Shown here in pieces: positions 31,214 through 40,850 of a stretch of DNA of 62,270 nt. The notes below the pieces were generated by a model, which saw nothing but the letters and a program-made list of their open reading frames with translations, made no database searches and had not been told where the DNA came from. Position 1 is the stretch's first letter, and the number at the start of each line of letters is the position of its first letter. The translations under genes and the position numbers were made by a program. Source of the stretch: Methanoregula sp. (GTDB lineage Archaea; Halobacteriota; Methanomicrobia; Methanomicrobiales; Methanospirillaceae); the NCBI GenBank assembly GCA_039698055.1, contig JBDKTL010000031.1:1-62270 (forward strand). The letters are read 5' to 3'.

Positions 31214-31358
31214 ATTTTATTGCAGCAGGTGAGCGTTTTTTCCGGTCATTGTCGCCCAGGCAGGGATTCACAAGAGAGAATAGATATAGTCGAATACAAA
31301 AGGATATTTCATGTGATCACGGGGAACCGGGTTTCCCCGTAAAAGGGTGGTGTAAGGG

Positions 31359-33773
31359 TTGAACGAAAAAGGAGAAGAACCGGATAATGAATTGAGTGAC
31401 CTCCTCAAAAGAATCGGCGGGCAAAAAAAGGACGAGCCTGATCCTGAAAAAGAGAATTCTGACAAGGAAAAAATGCCCGTCAGCCCGGGCGAGTCGGGAA
31501 GTGCCGGTAGTTTTTCTGCACTCATGAAACGGCTGGGGATGGAAAAAACAGAAGGGACGCCCCGGGAAACCACCGCTCCTGCACCATCCCCGGAATCTGC
31601 GACACCTCCCGCGGATGCAGCCCAGCCAGTCCCGGATTTTGACGATCTCCTCGAAGATACCACTCCAGAACCACTCTTGGAAAAAGGGACGGATCTTTCA
31701 GGCCGGGATGTCCGGCTGGCACTTGAAAAGATCCTTGAGAAACCCGGATCATCACCCGCTCCTGATTCGCAACCGGCCGTTGCAGAAAAAATACCCACCT
31801 CCCCGGTAGAACCTTTGCAGGAACCGGAACCTGTTGTTGAAATTATCGATGAAGACCCGCGAAAACGACGTGGGTTCTTTTCAGCAAAACCGGCAAAGCC
31901 AATACAGGATTCCGGAACCACCCTTAACACAGCCACCGATGAGCGGATCATCAGTGTCGACCAGTTGTCCGGTTTGTCCGGGCTCATTCTCCCCAAAGGC
32001 GCCACCTTCAGAATTGATGAACTGAAACTGCACGGGCGCGTCAGTGCTTTCGAGAGTACGGGAGCCGGCACCCTGCCCCCGGAGATGGCAGAGATCTGGA
32101 AACGCGAATTTTCCAGCATCGGTTTTAAAGATCTCGATATCGATTCTGAGTTCGGGCTCGATCAGGAAAAAACAAAGATTGCGCCGGTCAAAAAATTCGG
32201 GCTTGCGGCCCTTTTCAAGGCAATACGTTCCGAAGTGGAGCAGTACAATCCAAAAGTGCATGGCCCGCTTGTCGATCTTTCCTTTGAAGCCCATCCCGGC
32301 ATCGAAGAAATGGAGATGTACCCGGTCAACGATCCTTATGCCTACATACGGGTTATTTATGACCACTCCACCCATGAATACACGTATCAGGTTATCGAAC
32401 CGGTTCTCACCGAACCGGAAAAGGAGTTGTTAAAAGAGCTTAAAGAGCGTCTTTTTGAAACGCTTGACATCAATACAAAAGACATCTCAAAAGAGGAAGC
32501 CAGCCGGCAGCTGCGGGTCGCTACGAATGACATTTTAGCCGATTATGGATTGAAACTCAGCCCGGTCCAGACAGAGAAGATCCTGTACAACATGCACAAG
32601 GAATTTCTTGGCGACGGTTTGATCGATGCGATCATGCACGATAAATATATCGAGGATATTTCCTGCGATGGTGTGAACAGCCCCATCTTTGCATTCCACG
32701 CGAGCTATGAATCGATGAAAACCACGCTGATGTACCATAATGCTGAAGAGCTGGACTCTTTTGTCACAAAACTTGCCCAGCGTTCGGGCAAATACATCTC
32801 GATTGCTGAGCCGATCCTCGATGCAACCATGAGCGACGGGTCCCGTATCCAGATGACACTTGGGCAGGAAGTCACGGCTCACGGGTCAACATTTACTATC
32901 CGTAAATTCAAGGATGAACCGATCACTCCCACGGATCTTATCGAATGGCACACGTTTGCCCCGCTGTCTATTGCCTACATCTGGCTTGCCGTGGAAAACG
33001 GGAAGTCTGCTATTTTTGCCGGGGGGACTGCGTCCGGTAAGACGACCGCACTGAATGCAATTTCATTGTTCATTCCCCCGATGTCGAAGATTGTCAGTCT
33101 TGAAGATACCCGTGAAGTGAAGCTTCCGCACCCCAACTGGATCCCCAGTGTCACCCGTGACTCGTTTGATACTGCCGGCAGAGGAGAGATCAACATGTAC
33201 GAGCTCCTCCGTGCCGCAATGCGACAGCGTCCTGAGTATATTATCGTGGGTGAAGTCCGTGGCAAGGAATGCCAGACCCTGTTCCAGGCAATGAGTACCG
33301 GCCATATTACCTATTCAACGATCCACGCAGATTCGGTATCCAGCGTCGTGCACCGTATTGAAAACCCGCCGATGGATGTCCCGCGGAACATGTTATCCGC
33401 CCTGGATTTTGTCTGTATCCAGGTGCAGGCGCGTGTGGGGGGAAAACGGATCCGCAGGAACAAACAGATTATCGAGATTCTCGATATAGATCCCCGGACA
33501 AACGAGTTAATCACGAACGAAGTCTTCAAATGGCGTTCGGCTACCGACGAGATCACCTATTCCGGGAAATCATATCTCCTTGAAGAGATTATGGAAGCCC
33601 GCGGGTGGAGCGAGAACCGTATGCGCGAGGAGCTCAAGCGCCGGCAGGAAGTCCTTGAATGGATGCGGATCAAGAAGATCCGGCACTACAAGGATGTTGC
33701 AAAGATCCTCATCTCCTATTACCGGGAACCTGAAGTGGTTGTAGAACGCGTAAGGAAAGATCTCTATGAATAG
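31359..33773 (+). CDS. Type II/IV secretion (type IV pilus) assembly ATPase with long N-terminal extension
   Basis: IEDISCDG, GSRIQ, GSTFTIRKF, Walker A GGTASGKTT, EDTRE, RQRPEYIIVGEVRG, His-box STGH...STIHA. Confidence 0.95.
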   Translation: MNEKGEEPDNELSDLLKRIGGQKKDEPDPEKENSDKEKMPVSPGESGSAGSFSALMKRLGMEKTEGTPRETTAPAPSPESATPPADAAQPVPDFDDLLEDTTPEPLLEKGTDLSGRDVRLALEKILEKPGSSPAPDSQPAVAEKIPTSPVEPLQEPEPVVEIIDEDPRKRRGFFSAKPAKPIQDSGTTLNTATDERIISVDQLSGLSGLILPKGATFRIDELKLHGRVSAFESTGAGTLPPEMAEIWKREFSSIGFKDLDIDSEFGLDQEKTKIAPVKKFGLAALFKAIRSEVEQYNPKVHGPLVDLSFEAHPGIEEMEMYPVNDPYAYIRVIYDHSTHEYTYQVIEPVLTEPEKELLKELKERLFETLDINTKDISKEEASRQLRVATNDILADYGLKLSPVQTEKILYNMHKEFLGDGLIDAIMHDKYIEDISCDGVNSPIFAFHASYESMKTTLMYHNAEELDSFVTKLAQRSGKYISIAEPILDATMSDGSRIQMTLGQEVTAHGSTFTIRKFKDEPITPTDLIEWHTFAPLSIAYIWLAVENGKSAIFAGGTASGKTTALNAISLFIPPMSKIVSLEDTREVKLPHPNWIPSVTRDSFDTAGRGEINMYELLRAAMRQRPEYIIVGEVRGKECQTLFQAMSTGHITYSTIHADSVSSVVHRIENPPMDVPRNMLSALDFVCIQVQARVGGKRIRRNKQIIEILDIDPRTNELITNEVFKWRSATDEITYSGKSYLLEEIMEARGWSENRMREELKRRQEVLEWMRIKKIRHYKDVAKILISYYREPEVVVERVRKDLYE

Positions 33774-34689
33774 TTACGAACGGTTCTGTTTCAACCTTCT
33801 GGGTATGCGCATGAAGGGAAAGCGGGAACAGTATGCCCAGCTGAGAAATGATCTGATTTCGGCACGGTTGAAGACACCGTTTGAAGTCTATATCTCCACC
33901 GCATTTGTCAGCTCCATTCTTGTCGGGCTGGTTTCAGCGGTGTTCCTTGGTTTTATTACCTGGATACTCAAACTTCCCGCGTTGATCAAATACAGGGGCG
34001 AAGTCCCGGAAGCGTTCCTGGTTCTTGCGCAGAACAGCCTTCTCCTTGGCACGATCTTTGTCGTTCTTTTTTCACTTCTTGTGTTTGGAGGGATCACGTA
34101 CGCAATTTTTATTGTCTACCCGAGTGTCGTTGCCGGCAACCGGCGCCGCAATATCGATGCGACCCTTCCCTATGCAATTAACTATATCACGGCAATGTCA
34201 ACGTCAGGAATCACTCCGGCAGAAGTGTTCCGCCAGTTAGGGGACAGCCCGATCTATGGTGAGAGCTCTGTGGAAGCCCGGTACATCTCCCGGGAGATTG
34301 ATATTTTCGGCAGGGATCTTATCGATGCGCTCAGGATCGTGTCTGCGAGCACACCCAGCCTCCGGCTCAAGGAATTTTTACAGGGGTCGATGGCGAGCAT
34401 TTCAAGTGGGGGGAACCTGACCGATTATTTCCGCACAAAAGCTGACCAGTATGCCCTCGAGAACCGGCAGACGCAGAAGATGTTCCTTGACACATTAGCG
34501 CTGATTGCGGAATCCTATGTCACGGCAATGGTAGCAGGCACCCTGTTCATGATCATCCTGCAATCCATTATGTCCGTCCTTGGCGGGGATTCAAAGCCGA
34601 TGTTCCTGTACCTGATCATCTACCTGATGATTCCGTTTGGCACGATGATGTTTGTGATCATGATCAGTTCCATGACACCGGAGTCCTAA
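33766..34689 (+). CDS. Type II secretion system F family membrane platform protein (TadB/TadC-like)
   Basis: RRRNIDATLPYAINY, IFGRDLIDAL, TPSLRLKEFL, LALIAESYV; overlaps the ATPase stop codon. Confidence 0.9.
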   Translation: MNSYERFCFNLLGMRMKGKREQYAQLRNDLISARLKTPFEVYISTAFVSSILVGLVSAVFLGFITWILKLPALIKYRGEVPEAFLVLAQNSLLLGTIFVVLFSLLVFGGITYAIFIVYPSVVAGNRRRNIDATLPYAINYITAMSTSGITPAEVFRQLGDSPIYGESSVEARYISREIDIFGRDLIDALRIVSASTPSLRLKEFLQGSMASISSGGNLTDYFRTKADQYALENRQTQKMFLDTLALIAESYVTAMVAGTLFMIILQSIMSVLGGDSKPMFLYLIIYLMIPFGTMMFVIMISSMTPES

Positions 34690-34691
34690 CT

Positions 34692-35729
34692 ATGGCAATA
34701 AAGGATAAAATCACGGGCCTGCTTGGACACAAAACAGCGCCGCTCCCCCCGCTTACCCGTGGGGAGATAGAAACGGTTGAAGAAGAACTTAACGAGATTA
34801 CCGTTAAACTGGAGCGTGAGCGCAAGAGCCGCGAGGGCCTCGGGAAGTTTTTCAAGCACCCGTTCCAGGTGCTTACCGAGAAACCAGAGCATATTCTGAT
34901 TGTCTGCCTCCCGCTATCGCTCATTATCTTCATCGGCGGTTTTATTTCGATGGTCCAATCGTATGGTATCCAGGTGCTTTTCAATTCTACGGTGATAGAT
35001 GATTTTGCCGTTTTGGCCGTGCTGGTTTCGATTATTCCTCTTGCCCTGCTAGATTTTAAGGAGCAGAACCGTGTCCACAACCTTGAAGATGCACTCCCAA
35101 ACTTTTTCCGCGACCTTGCCGGTATGAATGATTCCGGCATGACGCTCCCCAATGCCGTTCACCTTGTTGCCGGCGCGGAGTACGGGACACTCACGCCCCA
35201 TATCCGGAAGCTTGACAACGAGATGTCATGGGGTGTCGGGTTTGTCGAGGCGATGTACCGGTTCGGGAAAAACCTTGGCACGCCGATGGCTGACCGGAGT
35301 GTCGACCTGATCGCAAAAGCAAGTAAAGCCGGTGGCGACGTGAGTGAGGTGCTACGGGCAGCAGCGCGGGATACCTTTGAAGTGGTGAACCTTGCCCAGG
35401 AGCGCCGGAATAACATGTTCATTTACGTGATCATTGTTATCGTCTCGTTTGGCGTGTTCCTGTTTGTGATTGCCATCCTTGTGAGCACGTTTTTGACGAC
35501 CATGGCAACGGCAGGTATTGCAGCTTCGGCATCCGGTGCCGGGAGCCAGTTCATGGGGAGGATCGATCTCCCGGCGTATAAACGGTTGTTTGCGCATGCA
35601 GCAATGATCCAGGGATTCTTTTCCGGATTATGCGCCGGCCAGATGGGTGAAGGAAGAGTTGTTGCCGGCCTGAAATATTCGGCGATGATGCTCATCATAT
35701 CGTGGGTCACGTTCCGGTTCTTCATCTGA
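34692..35729 (+). CDS. Type II secretion system F family membrane platform protein (TadC-like)
   Basis: LEDALPNFFRDLA, SGMTL, YGTLT, AGGDVSEVL, GQMGEG...GLKY. Confidence 0.9.
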   Translation: MAIKDKITGLLGHKTAPLPPLTRGEIETVEEELNEITVKLERERKSREGLGKFFKHPFQVLTEKPEHILIVCLPLSLIIFIGGFISMVQSYGIQVLFNSTVIDDFAVLAVLVSIIPLALLDFKEQNRVHNLEDALPNFFRDLAGMNDSGMTLPNAVHLVAGAEYGTLTPHIRKLDNEMSWGVGFVEAMYRFGKNLGTPMADRSVDLIAKASKAGGDVSEVLRAAARDTFEVVNLAQERRNNMFIYVIIVIVSFGVFLFVIAILVSTFLTTMATAGIAASASGAGSQFMGRIDLPAYKRLFAHAAMIQGFFSGLCAGQMGEGRVVAGLKYSAMMLIISWVTFRFFI

Positions 35730-35730
35730 A

Positions 35731-35752
35731 CTTTTTTCCCGGATTTTTTTTT
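35731..35752 (+). terminator. T-tract terminator of the pilus operon
   Basis: CTTTTTTCCCGGATTTTTTTTT directly after the TGA at 35729. Confidence 0.5.
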
Positions 35753-35953
35753 GACTACATCCACTCAAATTAACGGTACTTAACTACAATTTTGCCGTCA
35801 ATCCTGTTTTGAATATCCCCGCGTTAAACGAAAAAAAATGCGGGGCAGAGGGACGCACGTATCCAATACGCTATGCTGCACGAAAAATCCCCCGCCTTCG
35901 GGAACCAAAAAAAGATAAAAAATTAACCCAAAATGAAGAGGTTACATCATATA

Positions 35954-36259
35954 TCAGGAAATATTCTCGGTATTGTAACCTTTCATAGAGAGCAGGGCTT
36001 TCACCCGATCACGGTGATTCCCCTGCAGCTCAATTGAGGTGCCTTTTACCGTCCCGCCACAGGCAAGTTTCCCTTTCAGGAATTTGGAAAGGTCTTCAAG
36101 ATCAATATCTGTTGGATCAAGGCCTTCAATAACCGTTACTTCTTTCCCGTACCGGCGTTTGTTGACTTTGACATTGATCCTCTGCTGTTCCTTTGCTACT
36201 TCCTCACAGATACATAGTTCGTTAGGAAGTCCACACGTCGGGCAAATGCCACCAATCAT
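35954..36259 (-). CDS. sui1: Translation initiation factor aIF-1 (SUI1)
   Basis: [41 protein letters not shown]. Confidence 0.95.
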   Translation of the reverse strand: MIGGICPTCGLPNELCICEEVAKEQQRINVKVNKRRYGKEVTVIEGLDPTDIDLEDLSKFLKGKLACGGTVKGTSIELQGNHRDRVKALLSMKGYNTENIS

Positions 36260-36391
36260 TACACCTATTTTTTTATATCCCCGTTATTTATTACTTGGCA
36301 TTGCTTTGGCCATTTTGAGGTTTTCTCTCAAATTAATCACTAAAATAAATAGAGTATTTGTTTTAAAGTCCCGTGTTCATGATCTAGTGAT

Positions 36392-37834
36392 ATGTCCCTT
36401 TTTGTGATGGGAACATCCTCGCATGCCGGAAAAAGTGTGACGGTCGCGGCAATATGCCGATGCCTCGTACGCCGTGGGATCACGATATCGCCTTTCAAGT
36501 CCCAGAACATGAGCCTGAACTCGTTTGTGACGCAGGACGGCGGGGAGATTGGCATGGCCCAGGCGATGCAGGCATGTGCTGCCCGGCTTTTACCTGTCCC
36601 TGACATGAACCCCATTCTTCTCAAACCAAAAGGGGACGGCGTTTCACAGGTCGTCCTGTACGGGCACCCGTACAAGGATGTCCCGATCACTGAATATTAC
36701 CAGGAAACCCCCCATCTTCTTAAAAAAGCACTTGCATCATTCAGCCGCCTCGAAACAACCTTTGGCCATGTGGTCATCGAAGGTGCAGGTGGCGCCGCGG
36801 AAGTCAACCTGTACGACCGGGATATCGCAAATGTTCAGCTGGCGCTGGTGCTCCGCCTGCCAATCATCCTTGTGGCCGATATCGAGCGGGGCGGTGTGTT
36901 TGCACAGATTTATGGCACCTTCCAGCTCCTGCCCGAAGAACTGCGCCCGCTCGTGAAAGGCATTATCATCAACAAGTTCCGTGGCGACCCTGAAATCTTT
37001 GCGTCCGGCGTGAAAATTATCGAGAATCTTGTCCCGGTTCCTGTTCTGGGCATTGTGCCGTACTTTTCAATCCCGCTTCCCAGCGAGGATTCCCTTTCTA
37101 TTGGCGATAAGAAATGCATGGATTCTCCCATCCGGATTGCGGTCATCCGTCTTCTCCATATCTCAAATTTTACGGATTTCGAATTGCTGGAACAGTATGC
37201 CGCTATCGATTATGTACCCCCTGGTACGCCGCTTGACTCCTACGACTGTATCATTATCCCCGGCACAAAGAATACCATCGACGATCTCGCCGCGCTCAAA
37301 TCGACCGGCACCGATCGCGAACTCCAAAAAGCACGTACCTTCAAGATTCCGATCATCGGCATCTGTGGCGGGTACCAGATGCTGGGACGGCAACTGGTAG
37401 ATGCGGGTTTTGAATCCAGTGCTGGTACCTATGAAGGACTGGGGTTGCTGGATAGTACTACCCAATTCATGTCATATGCGAAGAATACAACGCAGGTCAA
37501 GCGGAAGGCAAACCCAATTTCCCCGATCCTTTCCGGTATGGGAGAGGTCACCGGTTACGAGATTCACATGGGTACAACAACTGCTGGTCGTGACCGGGAA
37601 GCATTCGCTGGCGATGGATGTGCGAGTGCTGATGGACTGGTTTTTGGATCGTACATGCACGGGCTCTTTACCAACCCTTCAGCGGCAAACGCGCTGCTTT
37701 CATACCTGTACCAGAAAAAAGGACTGGCGTTTGTGCCAATTCCCGAGGCCACCGGCGATCCTTATGACGCACTTGCCGATGTTTTTGAAGAACATGTGGA
37801 TATGGATGCAATTGTCGCCCTGCTGGATGCATGA
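36392..37834 (+). CDS. cbiP: Cobyric acid synthase
   Basis: GTSSHAGKS, PFKSQNMSLNS, NPILLKP, EGAG, INKFRGD, ISNFTDF, GICGGYQMLG, GSYMHGLF. Confidence 0.96.
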   Translation: MSLFVMGTSSHAGKSVTVAAICRCLVRRGITISPFKSQNMSLNSFVTQDGGEIGMAQAMQACAARLLPVPDMNPILLKPKGDGVSQVVLYGHPYKDVPITEYYQETPHLLKKALASFSRLETTFGHVVIEGAGGAAEVNLYDRDIANVQLALVLRLPIILVADIERGGVFAQIYGTFQLLPEELRPLVKGIIINKFRGDPEIFASGVKIIENLVPVPVLGIVPYFSIPLPSEDSLSIGDKKCMDSPIRIAVIRLLHISNFTDFELLEQYAAIDYVPPGTPLDSYDCIIIPGTKNTIDDLAALKSTGTDRELQKARTFKIPIIGICGGYQMLGRQLVDAGFESSAGTYEGLGLLDSTTQFMSYAKNTTQVKRKANPISPILSGMGEVTGYEIHMGTTTAGRDREAFAGDGCASADGLVFGSYMHGLFTNPSAANALLSYLYQKKGLAFVPIPEATGDPYDALADVFEEHVDMDAIVALLDA

Positions 37835-37858
37835 GTCTTGCCCGGCATTCCGGATTTT

Positions 37859-38125
37859 TTACCCGATAAGGCTGGTGATGCTGTGAAATCCTTCCTGTTG
37901 GTGATCGGCGCAGGTTACCGCTTCGACACGTGAAAGATCCACATTTTCCGTTACCCGGCATTTCACACAATAGGCAAGTGAGGGTGATTTTACCCATGCG
38001 CCGCCGACTTTGAATTCACGGCAGTGGATACAGAACCGGCAATGATCCACCGGCTCCTGTTTTTCCGGCAGGCACTGGACTTTTCCTTTCGTGGCGGTCA
38101 GTTCACGGTTCGTATCGGCACCCAT
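37859..38125 (-). CDS. Small Cys-rich (putative metal-binding) protein
   Basis: 88 aa from ATG 38125 (GAGGGA RBS); C...CRFCIHC...CVKC...C. The longer ORF overlaps the divergent gene. Confidence 0.6.
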   Translation of the reverse strand: MGADTNRELTATKGKVQCLPEKQEPVDHCRFCIHCREFKVGGAWVKSPSLAYCVKCRVTENVDLSRVEAVTCADHQQEGFHSITSLIG

Positions 38126-38200
38126 GTATCTTCCCTCAAATCTCCTCATGACATGTTTACCGACACTATACTTAAAGCAATTCAGCGCTAAAATTGTTTT

Positions 38201-39379
38201 ATGAAGGTGTGTATCATGTGCGGGGGGGAAGGGACACGGCTTCGCCCCCTCACGTTCGAACGTCCAAAACCCTGCATCCCGATTGTCAACCGCCCATCCA
38301 TCCAGCACCTTGTCTCACACCTCTCCAACATGGGCTTTCGGGAAGTCGTGATGACATTAGGATACAAGGGGACCGATATCGAGGAGGCTCTTGGCGATGG
38401 ATCGCTCTTTGGCGTTGAAATTACCTATGTCCACGAAAAGACCAAACTCGGCACTGCCGGCAGCGTGAAGAACGCCCAGCAGTATCTCGACGGCCAGGAT
38501 TTTCTCGTTGTTGGCGGGGACCATGTCACCGATCTCAATGTTTTGGAGTTTTACCGTGCTCACCAGAAGGAAAAAGCCGTTGCAACTATCGGGCTGATCT
38601 CGATTGATGACCCGGGTGAATATGGTATCGCGGAGATCGATGTCAGCTACGCAATAAGGAGGTTCAAGGAAAAGCCTTCTCCCGGTGAGATCTTCTCAAA
38701 CCTTGCAAGCACGGGGATGTACGTCTGCAGCCCGGAAGTCTTTGACCATATACCGTCCGGTGAGAAATCTGATTTTGCCCGGGATCTTTTCCCCTGCCTG
38801 ATGGACAAGGGTCTGGTGCTCAAGGGCTGGCTTGCACGCGGCAACTGGACCGATGTCGGGAGCCCGCATTCCCTGCGGCAGGCAGAACGCTGGAAACTGC
38901 AGGATATTTCCATCACCGATATCATCGGGGATCTTTCGATGCACGGCGCTCATGTGCAGGGCCCGGTGCAACTGGGAGATTCCATCACGCTTGGCAAGAA
39001 TACAAAAGTTATCGGTCCGGTTGCCATCGGGTCCGGAACAACAATCGGCAACAATGTCCTGATTGGCCCTTACACGAGTATCGGTGACCGGTGCATCATC
39101 CGCAACAATGCAAAAATATTCTCATCATCGCTGTACAACCGGGTTATCATCGGCGCCAATACCACGATCTCGGGAAGCATTATCGACAATGACACCCATA
39201 TCGGCGAGGCGTGCTCCATCGAAAATGACACGGTGATCGGGCCGCGTGTCGTGCTCCGCAACCATGTAGTCGTTCATTCCAAAACCCGGCTTTGGCCGGA
39301 AGTGGTGGTCAGTGAAGGGTCAATCGTAAAAGAGCATGTATTGAATGATAAGTTTGATCTCCGCTGTGAAGGATCCTAA
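38201..39379 (+). CDS. NDP-sugar synthase (nucleotidyltransferase + left-handed beta-helix)
   Basis: GGEGTRLRPLT...PKP, LGTAGSV, WTDVG, and hexapeptide repeats in the C-terminal part. Confidence 0.92.
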   Translation: MKVCIMCGGEGTRLRPLTFERPKPCIPIVNRPSIQHLVSHLSNMGFREVVMTLGYKGTDIEEALGDGSLFGVEITYVHEKTKLGTAGSVKNAQQYLDGQDFLVVGGDHVTDLNVLEFYRAHQKEKAVATIGLISIDDPGEYGIAEIDVSYAIRRFKEKPSPGEIFSNLASTGMYVCSPEVFDHIPSGEKSDFARDLFPCLMDKGLVLKGWLARGNWTDVGSPHSLRQAERWKLQDISITDIIGDLSMHGAHVQGPVQLGDSITLGKNTKVIGPVAIGSGTTIGNNVLIGPYTSIGDRCIIRNNAKIFSSSLYNRVIIGANTTISGSIIDNDTHIGEACSIENDTVIGPRVVLRNHVVVHSKTRLWPEVVVSEGSIVKEHVLNDKFDLRCEGS

Positions 39380-40170
39380 CCTCTTTTTACCAGCCGGTGC
39401 GTGATGGCAACGAGCGGGTGGCGGGCGTAATCCAGCACCTGTACATCGTCAAGTGTTGTTAAGTTCATTGCGGCTGCCGTCCGCTCCATCCCCAGCTCGA
39501 CATTCTCATTGATCTCGATGATGTAGGCGTCAAGTGCGGTAATGCCCAGCCGTTTTGCTGCGATTGCCCGGTGGTGCCCGTCAACAAGGATGGTTTTTCC
39601 CGGTCGTTTTACCACAATGATTGGTTCAGCCAGCCCTTTTTTGATCTCATAGATGCGTCCTTCCAATTCATCCTCGTAGACTTTGGACTGGGTGGGCAGC
39701 AGTTCGTTCACCGGCACGATGCCCCGGTTGAGCGTCGGATCGACACCATATAATTTTTTGAGGGTCGTCATGAAATTGAACACTTTTTCCGGTGAAACGT
39801 GTTCGATCTGCGAGCGGATCACATCGGAGTTGGAGATGATCCCAAGGAGGTGGTTCTTCTCATCCACCACGGGAAGTTTCTGGATGCCGGAGCGGAAGAT
39901 CACCCGTGCCGCGTCCGTGATATCCATATCCGGGTCAGCGACGATCAAATGACCGGACATGACCTGTTCGATGGTCTCGGTGGGTTTGACAAAAAGCAGG
40001 TCCCGGGCTGCGATGTATCCTACCACGACATCGCCATCGACTACCGGAAAACCATCATGGTTGGTCTTCTGGATTTTCTCAATGACGTCCTGTGCGGTTC
40101 CATGGAGATCCGCGCTGACGACATCATAGGTCATGTAATCCCTGACCTTTTTCTTGTCCATCACTACCAC
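39376..40170 (-). CDS. CBS-pair + ParB/Sulfiredoxin-like domain protein
   Basis: Two CBS repeats (VRDYMT, GFPVVD, LPVVD) followed by PTQ...PIIV...LVDGHHRA. Start may be 40161 (MDKKK). Confidence 0.88.
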   Translation of the reverse strand: MVVMDKKKVRDYMTYDVVSADLHGTAQDVIEKIQKTNHDGFPVVDGDVVVGYIAARDLLFVKPTETIEQVMSGHLIVADPDMDITDAARVIFRSGIQKLPVVDEKNHLLGIISNSDVIRSQIEHVSPEKVFNFMTTLKKLYGVDPTLNRGIVPVNELLPTQSKVYEDELEGRIYEIKKGLAEPIIVVKRPGKTILVDGHHRAIAAKRLGITALDAYIIEINENVELGMERTAAAMNLTTLDDVQVLDYARHPLVAITHRLVKRG

Positions 40171-40225
40171 ATTTCAGCGCAGATAACTAAAAGGGATCGG
40201 TAAAAAAAGGAGGAGTGGTATTTTT

Positions 40226-40699
40226 TCATTCGATCTCGATGCGTGATTTTGGATCAATCTTTGTCTTTTTCAGGTGAACTTCAAGGACACCATTTTTAAA
40301 ACTTGCTGCGGAGTCTGCTTCGCTTACATCAGCGGGCACCATGACCCTCCTTGCCATAAATCCAGACACCCGCTCCCGCATGTAGTAGCCTTCAGATTTT
40401 TCTTCTTTTTCTCCTTTCCGTTCGCAGGATATCTCCAGTGTCCTGGGATTGAGTAACCGCAGCGATATATTTTCCTTATCAATGCCAGGGAGATCTGCGA
40501 CAATGATTACTTCATCGTCATGCTCCCGGACATCCACCCTGAATTCTCCCCGGATTGCCGGAAGCATCCGGTCAGACACTCCTCCGGCAGGGAGAAGCCT
40601 TCCGCCAGTCTGTACCTGGTGGAAAATGTTCTCCATCTCCGCCCGCATCTCTTCTATCTCCTGCCATACCGATTCAAACGGATATCTTCTCCATGCCAT
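40226..40699 (-). CDS. Small heat-shock protein (Hsp20)
   Basis: VDVRE, ADLPGIDKENI, YYMRER, ASFKNGVLEV, C-terminal IEI motif. Confidence 0.95.
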   Translation of the reverse strand: MAWRRYPFESVWQEIEEMRAEMENIFHQVQTGGRLLPAGGVSDRMLPAIRGEFRVDVREHDDEVIIVADLPGIDKENISLRLLNPRTLEISCERKGEKEEKSEGYYMRERVSGFMARRVMVPADVSEADSAASFKNGVLEVHLKKTKIDPKSRIEIE

Positions 40700-40850
40700 T
40701 CATTTACCTCCATTACCTGTATGCCCACGCTTCTCCCAATGGGCTAACCTTAAGTTAGTATCAATATAATATAAACATTAATGTTGGGGGCGGATATGTG
40801 CGGAATAGTTTATGACGGTTGGATAATGACTTAATAAGGAGGATGCAATA

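Noticed and set aside
31268-32119. 283-aa minus-strand ORF
   Set aside because: Ser-rich antisense shadow of the ATPase N-terminal extension.
31359-35729. Archaellum motor (ArlI/ArlJ) or conjugative VirB11 system
   Set aside because: There are two separate GspF-type genes rather than one ArlJ, and no archaellins, ArlH/F/G, VirB4 or relaxase nearby. A pilus-type system fits better.
27638-40170. ParA-ParB partition system formed by MinD and the CBS-ParB protein
   Set aside because: The genes are 11 kb apart, the ATPase has MinD features, and the ParB-like protein lacks an HTH. No parS-like repeats were seen.
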